Below, one piece after another: positions 1 through 15,000 of a stretch of DNA of 64,000 nucleotides. This DNA is from Schmidtea nova (Eukaryota). Under the pieces are notes generated by a model. That model was given only the letters and a program-made list of their open reading frames with translations. It did no database searches and was not told where the DNA came from. A program made the position numbers and the translations under genes. Numbering within the stretch: position 1 is the stretch's first letter; each line of letters starts with the position of its first letter. The DNA lies in the NCBI GenBank assembly GCA_044892505.1, contig CM097884.1:91264001-91328000 (forward strand). Direction: 5' to 3'.

Positions 1-3000
1 CCACATCATTATGTGAAGAAAGTGACAATCAAATTTGAAGTGACGAAAGTTGTTAAAGTGAAATTGGTTGTGAAAGGCTGTGTTGACAAAGTACCGACGC
101 CGCCAACATTGCGTCCAACAACTAAATCTACTCCAACTAGACCAGGAGCTACAACAACTACAACTAGACGAACAACGACTCTGAAACCATGTGCCGTGAA
201 ACTCGTCATCAAAGATAAGCAATTGACAGGAATTACAGTGACACCAAAGATTTCCAAGAGTGATGTTAAAAAGTTGAGACCTGATTGGAAACATCCAAAA
301 CAAGGTGTTGAGTTCAAACGTGGAAAACACACAATTGTTGTCAAGATCGTCAAAGGCACTCACCAAAAGAAACCAAACAGAATCACAGCAGCCGGTTTGA
401 AAGTAGTCAATGTCAATCCAGGCGACAAATTGAGCAAATACTTCAAGTCAGTTACAATTGTAATTACGAAACAAAAGTTCACAAGAGGTGGCAAACGAAA
501 GACTGTCAAGAAAACGATTAAAGTCCCATTGAAAACAATTGTTGACGATTTGAGAAATGTGTTGAGAAAACCACATCATTATGTGAAGAAAGTGACATTC
601 AAATTTGAAGTGACGAAAGTTGTTAAAGTGAAATTGGTTGTGAAAGGCTGTGTTGACAAAGTACCGACGCCACCAACATTGCGTCCAACAACTAAATCTA
701 CTCCAACTAGACCAGGAGCTACAACAACTACAACTAGACGAACAACGACTCTGAAACCATGTGCCGTGAAACTCGTCATCAAAGATAAGCAATTGACAGG
801 AATTACAGTGACACCAAAGATTTCCAAGAGTGATGTTAAAAAGTTGAGACCTGATTGGAAACATCCAAAACAAGGTGTTGAGTTCAAACGTGGAAAACAC
901 ACAATTGTTGTCAAGATCGTCAAAGGCACTCACCAAAAGAAACCAAACAGAATCACAGCAGCCGGTTTGAAAGTAGTCAATGTCAATCCAGGCGACAAAT
1001 TGAGCAAATACTTCAAGTCAGTTACAATTGTAATTACGAAACAAAAGTTCACAAGAGGTGGCAAACGAAAGACTGTCAAGAAAACGATTAAAGTCCCATT
1101 GAAAACAATTTTTGACGATTTGAGAAATGTGTTGAGAAAACCACATCATTATGTGAAGAAAGTGACATTCAAATTTGAAGTGACGAAAGTTGTTAAAGTG
1201 AAATTGGTTGTGAAAGGCTGTGTTGACAAAGTACCGACGCCGCCAACATTGCGTCCAACAACTAAATCTACTCCAACTAGACCAGGAGCTACAACAACTA
1301 CAACTAGACGAACAACGACTCTGAAACCATGTGCCGTGAAACTCGTCATCAAAGATAAGCAATTGACAGGAATTACAGTGACACCAAAGATTTCCAAGAG
1401 TGATGTTAAAAAGTTGAGACCTGATTGGAAACATCCAAAACAAGGTGTTGAGTTCAAACGTGGAAAACACACAATTGTTGTCAAGATCGTCAAAGGCACT
1501 CACCAAAAGAAACCAAACAGAATCACAGCAGCCGGTTTGAAAGTAGTCAATGTCAATCCAGGCGACAAATTGAGCAAATACTTCAAGTCAGTTACAATTG
1601 TAATTACGAAACAAAAGTTCACAAGAGGTGGCAAACGAAAGACTGTCAAGAAAACGATTAAAGTCCCATTGAAAACAATTTTTGACGATTTGAAAAACGT
1701 TTTGAGAAAACCACATCATTATGTGAAGAAAGTGACAATCAAATTTGAAGTGACGAAAGTTGTTAAAGTGAAATTGGTTGTGAAAGGCTGTGTTGACAAA
1801 GTACCGACGCCGCCAACATTGCGTCCAACAACTAAATCTACTCCAACTAGACCAGGAGCTACAACAACTACAACTAGACGAACAACGACTCTGAAACCAT
1901 GTGCCGTGAAACTCGTCATCAAAGATAAGCAATTGACAGGAATTACAGTGACACCAAAGATTTCCAAGAGTGATGTTAAAAAGTTGAGACCTGATTGGAA
2001 ACATCCAAAACAAGGTGTTGAGTTCAAACGTGGAAAACACACAATTGTTGTCAAGATCGTCAAAGGCACTCACCAAAAGAAACCAAACAGAATCACAGCA
2101 GCCGGTTTGAAAGTAGTCAATGTCAATCCAGGCGACAAATTGAGCAAATACTTCAAGTCAGTTACAATTGTAATTACGAAACAAAAGTTCACAAGAGGTG
2201 GCAAACGAAAGACTGTCAAGAAAACGATTAAAGTCCCATTGAAAACAATTGTTGACGATTTGAGAAATGTGTTGAGAAAACCACATCATTATGTGAAGAA
2301 AGTGACATTCAAATTTGAAGTGACGAAAGTTGTTAAAGTGAAATTGGTTGTGAAAGGCTGTGTTGACAAAGTACCGACGCCACCAACATTGCGTCCAACA
2401 ACTAAATCTACTCCAACTAGACCAGGAGCTACAACAACTACAACTAGACGAACAACGACTCTGAAACCATGTGCCGTGAAACTCGTCATCAAAGATAAGC
2501 AATTGACAGGAATTACAGTGACACCAAAGATTTCCAAGAGTGATGTTAAAAAGTTGAGACCTGATTGGAAACATCCAAAACAAGGTGTTGAGTTCAAACG
2601 TGGAAAACACACAATTGTTGTCAAGATCGTCAAAGGCACTCACCAAAAGAAACCAAACAGAATCACAGCAGCCGGTTTGAAAGTAGTCAATGTCAATCCA
2701 GGCGACAAATTGAGCAAATACTTCAAGTCAGTTACAATTGTAATTACGAAACAAAAGTTCACAAGAGGTGGCAAACGAAAGACTGTCAAGAAAACGATTA
2801 AAGTCCCATTGAAAACAATTTTTGACGATTTGAAAAACGTTTTGAGAAAACCACATCATTATGTGAAGAAAGTGACAATCAAATTTGAAGTGACGAAAGT
2901 TGTTAAAGTGAAATTGGTTGTGAAAGGCTGTGTTGACAAAGTACCGACGCCGCCAACATTGCGTCCAACAACTAAATCTACTCCAACTAGACCAGGAGCT

Positions 3001-6000
3001 ACAACAACTACAACTAGACGAACAACGACTCTGAAACCATGTGCCGTGAAACTCGTCATCAAAGATAAGCAATTGACAGGAATTACAGTGACACCAAAGA
3101 TTTCCAAGAGTGATGTTAAAAAGTTGAGACCTGATTGGAAACATCCAAAACAAGGTGTTGAGTTCAAACGTGGAAAACACACAATTGTTGTCAAGATCGT
3201 CAAAGGCACTCACCAAAAGAAACCAAACAGAATCACAGCAGCCGGTTTGAAAGTAGTCAATGTCAATCCAGGCGACAAATTGAGCAAATACTTCAAGTCA
3301 GTTACAATTGTAATTACGAAACAAAAGTTCACAAGAGGTGGCAAACGAAAGACTGTCAAGAAAACGATTAAAGTCCCATTGAAAACAATTGTTGACGATT
3401 TGAGAAATGTGTTGAGAAAACCACATCATTATGTGAAGAAAGTGACATTCAAATTTGAAGTGACGAAAGTTGTTAAAGTGAAATTGGTTGTGAAAGGCTG
3501 TGTTGACAAAGTACCGACGCCGCCAACATTGCGTCCAACAACTAAATCTACTCCAACTAGACCAGGAGCTACAACAACTACAACTAGACGAACAACGACT
3601 CTGAAACCATGTGCCGTGAAACTCGTCATCAAAGATAAGCAATTGACAGGAATTACAGTGACACCAAAGATTTCCAAGAGTGATGTTAAAAAGTTGAGAC
3701 CTGATTGGAAACATCCAAAACAAGGTGTTGAGTTCAAACGTGGAAAACACACAATTGTTGTCAAGATCGTCAAAGGCACTCACCAAAAGAAACCAAACAG
3801 AATCACAGCAGCCGGTTTGAAAGTAGTCAATGTCAATCCAGGCGACAAATTGAGCAAATACTTCAAGTCAGTTACAATTGTAATTACGAAACAAAAGTTC
3901 ACAAGAGGTGGCAAACGAAAGACTGTCAAGAAAACGATTAAAGTCCCATTGAAAACAATTTTTGACGATTTGAAAAACGTTTTGAGAAAACCACATCATT
4001 ATGTGAAGAAAGTGACAATCAAATTTGAAGTGACGAAAGTTGTTAAAGTGAAATTGGTTGTGAAAGGCTGTGTTGACAAAGTACCGACGCCGCCAACATT
4101 GCGTCCAACAACTAAATCTACTCCAACTAGACCAGGAGCTACAACAACTACAACTAGACGAACAACGACTCTGAAACCATGTGCCGTGAAACTCGTCATC
4201 AAAGATAAGCAATTGACAGGAATTACAGTGACACCAAAGATTTCCAAGAGTGATGTTAAAAAGTTGAGACCTGATTGGAAACATCCAAAACAAGGTGTTG
4301 AGTTCAAACGTGGAAAACACACAATTGTTGTCAAGATCGTCAAAGGCACTCACCAAAAGAAACCAAACAGAATCACAGCAGCCGGTTTGAAAGTAGTCAA
4401 TGTCAATCCAGGCGACAAATTGAGCAAATACTTCAAGTCAGTTACAATTGTAATTACGAAACAAAAGTTCACAAGAGGTGGCAAACGAAAGACTGTCAAG
4501 AAAACGATTAAAGTCCCATTGAAAACAATTTTTGACGATTTGAAAAACGTTTTGAGAAAACCACATCATTATGTGAAGAAAGTGACAATCAAATTTGAAG
4601 TGACGAAAGTTGTTAAAGTGAAATTGGTTGTGAAAGGCTGTGTTGACAAAGTACCGACGCCGCCAACATTGCGTCCAACAACTAAATCTACTCCAACTAG
4701 ACCAGGAGCTACAACAACTACAACTAGACGAACAACGACTCTGATACCATGTGCCGTGAAACTCGTCATCAAAGATAAGCAATTGACAGGAATTACAGTG
4801 ACACCAAAGATTTCCAAGAGTGATGTTAAAAAGTTGAGACCTGATTGGAAACATCCAAAACAAGGTGTTGAGTTCAAACGTGGAAAACACACAATTGTTG
4901 TCAAGATCGTCAAAGGCACTCACCAAAAGAAACCAAACAGAATCACAGCAGCCGGTTTGAAAGTAGTCAATGTCAATCCAGGCGACAAATTGAGCAAATA
5001 CTTCAAGTCAGTTACAATTGTAATTACGAAACAAAAGTTCACAAGAGGTGGCAAACGAAAGACTGTCAAGAAAACGATTAAAGTCCCATTGAAAACAATT
5101 TTTGACGATTTGAGAAATGTGTTGAGAAAACCACATCATTATGTGAAGAAAGTGACATTCAAATTTGAAGTGACGAAAGTTGTTAAAGTGAAATTGGTTG
5201 TGAAAGGCTGTGTTGACAAAGTACCGACGCCACCAACATTGCGTCCAACAACTAAATCTACTCCAACTAGACCAGGAGCTACAACAACTACAACTAGACG
5301 AACAACGACTCTGAAACCATGTGCCGTGAAACTCGTCATCAAAGATAAGCAATTGACAGGAATTACAGTGACACCAAAGATTTCCAAGAGTGATGTTAAA
5401 AAGTTGAGACCTGATTGGAAACATCCAAAACAAGGTGTTGAGTTCAAACGTGGAAAACACACAATTGTTGTCAAGATCGTCAAAGGCACTCACCAAAAGA
5501 AACCAAACAGAATCACAGCAGCCGGTTTGAAAGTAGTCAATGTCAATCCAGGCGACAAATTGAGCAAATACTTCAAGTCAGTTACAATTGTAATTACGAA
5601 ACAAAAGTTCACAAGAGGTGGCAAACGAAAGACTGTCAAGAAAACGATTAAAGTCCCATTGAAAACAATTTTTGACGATTTGAAAAACGTTTTGAGAAAA
5701 CCACATCATTATGTGAAGAAAGTGACAATCAAATTTGAAGTGACGAAAGTTGTTAAAGTGAAATTGGTTGTGAAAGGCTGTGTTGACAAAGTACCGACGC
5801 CGCCAACATTGCGTCCAACAACTAAATCTACTCCAACTAGACCAGGAGCTACAACAACTACAACTAGACGAACAACGACTCTGAAACCATGTGCCGTGAA
5901 ACTCGTCATCAAAGATAAGCAATTGACAGGAATTACAGTGACACCAAAGATTTCCAAGAGTGATGTTAAAAAGTTGAGACCTGATTGGAAACATCCAAAA

Positions 6001-9000
6001 CAAGGTGTTGAGTTCAAACGTGGAAAACACACAATTGTTGTCAAGATCGTCAAAGGCACTCACCAAAAGAAACCAAACAGAATCACAGCAGCCGGTTTGA
6101 AAGTAGTCAATGTCAATCCAGGCGACAAATTGAGCAAATACTTCAAGTCAGTTACAATTGTAATTACGAAACAAAAGTTCACAAGAGGTGGCAAACGAAA
6201 GACTGTCAAGAAAACGATTAAAGTCCCATTGAAAACAATTTTTGACGATTTGAAAAATGTTTTGAGAAAACCACATCATTATGTGAAGAAAGTGACAATC
6301 AAATTTGAAGTGACGAAAGTTGTTAAAGTGAAATTGGTTGTGAAAGGCTGTGTTGACAAAGTACCGACGCCGCCAACATTGCGTCCAACAACTAAATCTA
6401 CTCCAACTAGACCAGGAGCTACAACAACTACAACTAGACGAACAACGACTCTGAAACCATGTGCCGTGAAACTCGTCATCAAAGATAAGCAATTGACAGG
6501 AATTACAGTGACACCAAAGATTTCCAAGAGTGATGTTAAAAAGTTGAGACCTGATTGGAAACATCCAAAACAAGGTGTTGAGTTCAAACGTGGAAAACAC
6601 ACAATTGTTGTCAAGATCGTCAAAGGCACTCACCAAAAGAAACCAAACAGAATCACAGCAGCCGGTTTGAAAGTAGTCAATGTCAATCCAGGCGACAAAT
6701 TGAGCAAATACTTCAAGTCAGTTACAATTGTAATTACGAAACAAAAGTTCACAAGAGGTGGCAAACGAAAGACTGTCAAGAAAACGATTAAAGTCCCATT
6801 GAAAACAATTTTTGACGATTTGAAAAATGTTTTGAGAAAACCACATCATTATGTGAAGAAAGTGACAATCAAATTTGAAGTGACGAAAGTTGTTAAAGTG
6901 AAATTGGTTGTGAAAGGCTGTGTTGACAAAGTACCGACGCCGCCAACATTGCGTCCAACAACTAAATCTACTCCAACTAGACCAGGAGCTACAACAACTA
7001 CAACTAGACGAACAACGACTCTGAAACCATGTGCCGTGAAACTCGTCATCAAAGATAAGCAATTGACAGGAATTACAGTGACACCAAAGATTTCCAAGAG
7101 TGATGTTAAAAAGTTGAGACCTGATTGGAAACATCCAAAACAAGGTGTTGAGTTCAAACGTGGAAAACACACAATTGTTGTCAAGATCGTCAAAGGCACT
7201 CACCAAAAGAAACCAAACAGAATCACAGCAGCCGGTTTGAAAGTAGTCAATGTCAATCCAGGCGACAAATTGAGCAAATACTTCAAGTCAGTTACAATTG
7301 TAATTACGAAACAAAAGTTCACAAGAGGTGGCAAACGAAAGACTGTCAAGAAAACGATTAAAGTCCCATTGAAAACAATTGTTGACGATTTGAGAAATGT
7401 GTTGAGAAAACCACATCATTATGTGAAGAAAGTGACATTCAAATTTGAAGTGACGAAAGTTGTTAAAGTGAAATTGGTTGTGAAAGGCTGTGTTGACAAA
7501 GTACCGACGCCGCCAACATTGCGTCCAACAACTAAATCTACTCCAACTAGACCAGGAGCTACAACAACTACAACTAGACGAACAACGACTCTGAAACCAT
7601 GTGCCGTGAAACTCGTCATCAAAGATAAGCAATTGACAGGAATTACAGTGACACCAAAGATTTCCAAGAGTGATGTTAAAAAGTTGAGACCTGATTGGAA
7701 ACATCCAAAACAAGGTGTTGAGTTCAAACGTGGAAAACACACAATTGTTGTCAAGATCGTCAAAGGCACTCACCAAAAGAAACCAAACAGAATCACAGCA
7801 GCCGGTTTGAAAGTAGTCAATGTCAATCCAGGCGACAAATTGAGCAAATACTTCAAGTCAGTTACAATTGTAATTACGAAACAAAAGTTCACAAGAGGTG
7901 GCAAACGAAAGACTGTCAAGAAAACGATTAAAGTCCCATTGAAAACAATTTTTGACGATTTGAAAAACGTTTTGAGAAAACCACATCATTATGTGAAGAA
8001 AGTGACAATCAAATTTGAAGTGACGAAAGTTGTTAAAGTGAAATTGGTTGTGAAAGGCTGTGTTGACAAAGTACCGACGCCGCCAACATTGCGTCCAACA
8101 ACTAAATCTACTCCAACTAGACCAGGAGCTACAACAACTACAACTAGACGAACAACGACTCTGAAACCATGTGCCGTGAAACTCGTCATCAAAGATAAGC
8201 AATTGACAGGAATTACAGTGACACCAAAGATTTCCAAGAGTGATGTTAAAAAGTTGAGACCTGATTGGAAACATCCAAAACAAGGTGTTGAGTTCAAACG
8301 TGGAAAACACACAATTGTTGTCAAGATCGTCAAAGGCACTCACCAAAAGAAACCAAACAGAATCACAGCAGCCGGTTTGAAAGTAGTCAATGTCAATCCA
8401 GGCGACAAATTGAGCAAATACTTCAAGTCAGTTACAATTGTAATTACGAAACAAAAGTTCACAAGAGGTGGCAAACGAAAGACTGTCAAGAAAACGATTA
8501 AAGTCCCATTGAAAACAATTGTTGACGATTTGAGAAATGTGTTGAGAAAACCACATCATTATGTGAAGAAAGTGACATTCAAATTTGAAGTGACGAAAGT
8601 TGTTAAAGTGAAATTGGTTGTGAAAGGCTGTGTTGACAAAGTACCGACGCCACCAACATTGCGTCCAACAACTAAATCTACTCCAACTAGACCAGGAGCT
8701 ACAACAACTACAACTAGACGAACAACGACTCTGAAACCATGTGCCGTGAAACTCGTCATCAAAGATAAGCAATTGACAGGAATTACAGTGACACCAAAGA
8801 TTTCCAAGAGTGATGTTAAAAAGTTGAGACCTGATTGGAAACATCCAAAACAAGGTGTTGAGTTCAAACGTGGAAAACACACAATTGTTGTCAAGATCGT
8901 CAAAGGCACTCACCAAAAGAAACCAAACAGAATCACAGCAGCCGGTTTGAAAGTAGTCAATGTCAATCCAGGCGACAAATTGAGCAAATACTTCAAGTCA

Positions 9001-12000
9001 GTTACAATTGTAATTACGAAACAAAAGTTCACAAGAGGTGGCAAACGAAAGACTGTCAAGAAAACGATTAAAGTCCCATTGAAAACAATTTTTGACGATT
9101 TGAAAAACGTTTTGAGAAAACCACATCATTATGTGAAGAAAGTGACAATCAAATTTGAAGTGACGAAAGTTGTTAAAGTGAAATTGGTTGTGAAAGGCTG
9201 TGTTGACAAAGTACCGACGCCGCCAACATTGCGTCCAACAACTAAATCTACTCCAACTAGACCAGGAGCTACAACAACTACAACTAGACGAACAACGACT
9301 CTGAAACCATGTGCCGTGAAACTCGTCATCAAAGATAAGCAATTGACAGGAATTACAGTGACACCAAAGATTTCCAAGAGTGATGTTAAAAAGTTGAGAC
9401 CTGATTGGAAACATCCAAAACAAGGTGTTGAGTTCAAACGTGGAAAACACACAATTGTTGTCAAGATCGTCAAAGGCACTCACCAAAAGAAACCAAACAG
9501 AATCACAGCAGCCGGTTTGAAAGTAGTCAATGTCAATCCAGGCGACAAATTGAGCAAATACTTCAAGTCAGTTACAATTGTAATTACGAAACAAAAGTTC
9601 ACAAGAGGTGGCAAACGAAAGACTGTCAAGAAAACGATTAAAGTCCCATTGAAAACAATTTTTGACGATTTGAAAAACGTTTTGAGAAAACCACATCATT
9701 ATGTGAAGAAAGTGACAATCAAATTTGAAGTGACGAAAGTTGTTAAAGTGAAATTGGTTGTGAAAGGCTGTGTTGACAAAGTACCGACGCCGCCAACATT
9801 GCGTCCAACAACTAAATCTACTCCAACTAGACCAGGAGCTACAACAACTACAACTAGACGAACAACGACTCTGAAACCATGTGCCGTGAAACTCGTCATC
9901 AAAGATAAGCAATTGACAGGAATTACAGTGACACCAAAGATTTCCAAGAGTGATGTTAAAAAGTTGAGACCTGATTGGAAACATCCAAAACAAGGTGTTG
10001 AGTTCAAACGTGGAAAACACACAATTGTTGTCAAGATCGTCAAAGGCACTCACCAAAAGAAACCAAACAGAATCACAGCAGCCGGTTTGAAAGTAGTCAA
10101 TGTCAATCCAGGCGACAAATTGAGCAAATACTTCAAGTCAGTTACAATTGTAATTACGAAACAAAAGTTCACAAGAGGTGGCAAACGAAAGACTGTCAAG
10201 AAAACGATTAAAGTCCCATTGAAAACAATTGTTGACGATTTGAGAAATGTGTTGAGAAAACCACATCATTATGTGAAGAAAGTGACATTCAAATTTGAAG
10301 TGACGAAAGTTGTTAAAGTGAAATTGGTTGTGAAAGGCTGTGTTGACAAAGTACCGACGCCACCAACATTGCGTCCAACAACTAAATCTACTCCAACTAG
10401 ACCAGGAGCTACAACAACTACAACTAGACGAACAACGACTCTGAAACCATGTGCCGTGAAACTCGTCATCAAAGATAAGCAATTGACAGGAATTACAGTG
10501 ACACCAAAGATTTCCAAGAGTGATGTTAAAAAGTTGAGACCTGATTGGAAACATCCAAAACAAGGTGTTGAGTTCAAACGTGGAAAACACACAATTGTTG
10601 TCAAGATCGTCAAAGGCACTCACCAAAAGAAACCAAACAGAATCACAGCAGCCGGTTTGAAAGTAGTCAATGTCAATCCAGGCGACAAATTGAGCAAATA
10701 CTTCAAGTCAGTTACAATTGTAATTACGAAACAAAAGTTCACAAGAGGTGGCAAACGAAAGACTGTCAAGAAAACGATTAAAGTCCCATTGAAAACAATT
10801 TTTGACGATTTGAAAAACGTTTTGAGAAAACCACATCATTATGTGAAGAAAGTGACAATCAAATTTGAAGTGACGAAAGTTGTTAAAGTGAAATTGGTTG
10901 TGAAAGGCTGTGTTGACAAAGTACCGACGCCGCCAACATTGCGTCCAACAACTAAATCTACTCCAACTAGACCAGGAGCTACAACAACTACAACTAGACG
11001 AACAACGACTCTGAAACCATGTGCCGTGAAACTCGTCATCAAAGATAAGCAATTGACAGGAATTACAGTGACACCAAAGATTTCCAAGAGTGATGTTAAA
11101 AAGTTGAGACCTGATTGGAAACATCCAAAACAAGGTGTTGAGTTCAAACGTGGAAAACACACAATTGTTGTCAAGATCGTCAAAGGCACTCACCAAAAGA
11201 AACCAAACAGAATCACAGCAGCCGGTTTGAAAGTAGTCAATGTCAATCCAGGCGACAAATTGAGCAAATACTTCAAGTCAGTTACAATTGTAATTACGAA
11301 ACAAAAGTTCACAAGAGGTGGCAAACGAAAGACTGTCAAGAAAACGATTAAAGTCCCATTGAAAACAATTTTTGACGATTTGAAAAACGTTTTGAGAAAA
11401 CCACATCATTATGTGAAGAAAGTGACAATCAAATTTGAAGTGACGAAAGTTGTTAAAGTGAAATTGGTTGTGAAAGGCTGTGTTGACAAAGTACCGACGC
11501 CGCCAACATTGCGTCCAACAACTAAATCTACTCCAACTAGACCAGGAGCTACAACAACTACAACTAGACGAACAACGACTCTGAAACCATGTGCCGTGAA
11601 ACTCGTCATCAAAGATAAGCAATTGACAGGAATTACAGTGACACCAAAGATTTCCAAGAGTGATGTTAAAAAGTTGAGACCTGATTGGAAACATCCAAAA
11701 CAAGGTGTTGAGTTCAAACGTGGAAAACACACAATTGTTGTCAAGATCGTCAAAGGCACTCACCAAAAGAAACCAAACAGAATCACAGCAGCCGGTTTGA
11801 AAGTAGTCAATGTCAATCCAGGCGACAAATTGAGCAAATACTTCAAGTCAGTTACAATTGTAATTACGAAACAAAAGTTCACAAGAGGTGGCAAACGAAA
11901 GACTGTCAAGAAAACGATTAAAGTCCCATTGAAAACAATTGTTGACGATTTGAGAAATGTGTTGAGAAAACCACATCATTATGTGAAGAAAGTGACATTC

Positions 12001-15000
12001 AAATTTGAAGTGACGAAAGTTGTTAAAGTGAAATTGGTTGTGAAAGGCTGTGTTGACAAAGTACCGACGCCACCAACATTGCGTCCAACAACTAAATCTA
12101 CTCCAACTAGACCAGGAGCTACAACAACTACAACTAGACGAACAACGACTCTGAAACCATGTGCCGTGAAACTCGTCATCAAAGATAAGCAATTGACAGG
12201 AATTACAGTGACACCAAAGATTTCCAAGAGTGATGTTAAAAAGTTGAGACCTGATTGGAAACATCCAAAACAAGGTGTTGAGTTCAAACGTGGAAAACAC
12301 ACAATTGTTGTCAAGATCGTCAAAGGCACTCACCAAAAGAAACCAAACAGAATCACAGCAGCCGGTTTGAAAGTAGTCAATGTCAATCCAGGCGACAAAT
12401 TGAGCAAATACTTCAAGTCAGTTACAATTGTAATTACGAAACAAAAGTTCACAAGAGGTGGCAAACGAAAGACTGTCAAGAAAACGATTAAAGTCCCATT
12501 GAAAACAATTGTTGACGATTTGAGAAATGTGTTGAGAAAACCACATCATTATGTGAAGAAAGTGACATTCAAATTTGAAGTGACGAAAGTTGTTAAAGTG
12601 AAATTGGTTGTGAAAGGCTGTGTTGACAAAGTACCGACGCCACCAACATTGCGTCCAACAACTAAATCTACTCCAACTAGACCAGGAGCTACAACAACTA
12701 CAACTAGACGAACAACGACTCTGAAACCATGTGCCGTGAAACTCGTCATCAAAGATAAGCAATTGACAGGAATTACAGTGACACCAAAGATTTCCAAGAG
12801 TGATGTTAAAAAGTTGAGACCTGATTGGAAACATCCAAAACAAGGTGTTGAGTTCAAACGTGGAAAACACACAATTGTTGTCAAGATCGTCAAAGGCACT
12901 CACCAAAAGAAACCAAACAGAATCACAGCAGCCGGTTTGAAAGTAGTCAATGTCAATCCAGGCGACAAATTGAGCAAATACTTCAAGTCAGTTACAATTG
13001 TAATTACGAAACAAAAGTTCACAAGAGGTGGCAAACGAAAGACTGTCAAGAAAACGATTAAAGTCCCATTGAAAACAATTTTTGACGATTTGAAAAACGT
13101 TTTGAGAAAACCACATCATTATGTGAAGAAAGTGACAATCAAATTTGAAGTGACGAAAGTTGTTAAAGTGAAATTGGTTGTGAAAGGCTGTGTTGACAAA
13201 GTACCGACGCCGCCAACATTGCGTCCAACAACTAAATCTACTCCAACTAGACCAGGAGCTACAACAACTACAACTAGACGAACAACGACTCTGAAACCAT
13301 GTGCCGTGAAACTCGTCATCAAAGATAAGCAATTGACAGGAATTACAGTGACACCAAAGATTTCCAAGAGTGATGTTAAAAAGTTGAGACCTGATTGGAA
13401 ACATCCAAAACAAGGTGTTGAGTTCAAACGTGGAAAACACACAATTGTTGTCAAGATCGTCAAAGGCACTCACCAAAAGAAACCAAACAGAATCACAGCA
13501 GCCGGTTTGAAAGTAGTCAATGTCAATCCAGGCGACAAATTGAGCAAATACTTCAAGTCAGTTACAATTGTAATTACGAAACAAAAGTTCACAAGAGGTG
13601 GCAAACGAAAGACTGTCAAGAAAACGATTAAAGTCCCATTGAAAACAATTGTTGACGATTTGAGAAATGTGTTGAGAAAACCACATCATTATGTGAAGAA
13701 AGTGACATTCAAATTTGAAGTGACGAAAGTTGTTAAAGTGAAATTGGTTGTGAAAGGCTGTGTTGACAAAGTACCGACGCCACCAACATTGCGTCCAACA
13801 ACTAAATCTACTCCAACTAGACCAGGAGCTACAACAACTACAACTAGACGAACAACGACTCTGAAACCATGTGCCGTGAAACTCGTCATCAAAGATAAGC
13901 AATTGACAGGAATTACAGTGACACCAAAGATTTCCAAGAGTGATGTTAAAAAGTTGAGACCTGATTGGAAACATCCAAAACAAGGTGTTGAGTTCAAACG
14001 TGGAAAACACACAATTGTTGTCAAGATCGTCAAAGGCACTCACCAAAAGAAACCAAACAGAATCACAGCAGCCGGTTTGAAAGTAGTCAATGTCAATCCA
14101 GGCGACAAATTGAGCAAATACTTCAAGTCAGTTACAATTGTAATTACGAAACAAAAGTTCACAAGAGGTGGCAAACGAAAGACTGTCAAGAAAACGATTA
14201 AAGTCCCATTGAAAACAATTGTTGACGATTTGAGAAATGTGTTGAGAAAACCACATCATTATGTGAAGAAAGTGACATTCAAATTTGAAGTGACGAAAGT
14301 TGTTAAAGTGAAATTGGTTGTGAAAGGCTGTGTTGACAAAGTACCGACGCCACCAACATTGCGTCCAACAACTAAATCTACTCCAACTAGACCAGGAGCT
14401 ACAACAACTACAACTAGACGAACAACGACTCTGAAACCATGTGCCGTGAAACTCGTCATCAAAGATAAGCAATTGACAGGAATTACAGTGACACCAAAGA
14501 TTTCCAAGAGTGATGTTAAAAAGTTGAGACCTGATTGGAAACATCCAAAACAAGGTGTTGAGTTCAAACGTGGAAAACACACAATTGTTGTCAAGATCGT
14601 CAAAGGCACTCACCAAAAGAAACCAAACAGAATCACAGCAGCCGGTTTGAAAGTAGTCAATGTCAATCCAGGCGACAAATTGAGCAAATACTTCAAGTCA
14701 GTTACAATTGTAATTACGAAACAAAAGTTCACAAGAGGTGGCAAACGAAAGACTGTCAAGAAAACGATTAAAGTCCCATTGAAAACAATTTTTGACGATT
14801 TGAAAAACGTTTTGAGAAAACCACATCATTATGTGAAGAAAGTGACAATCAAATTTGAAGTGACGAAAGTTGTTAAAGTGAAATTGGTTGTGAAAGGCTG
14901 TGTTGACAAAGTACCGACGCCGCCAACATTGCGTCCAACAACTAAATCTACTCCAACTAGACCAGGAGCTACAACAACTACAACTAGACGAACAACGACT

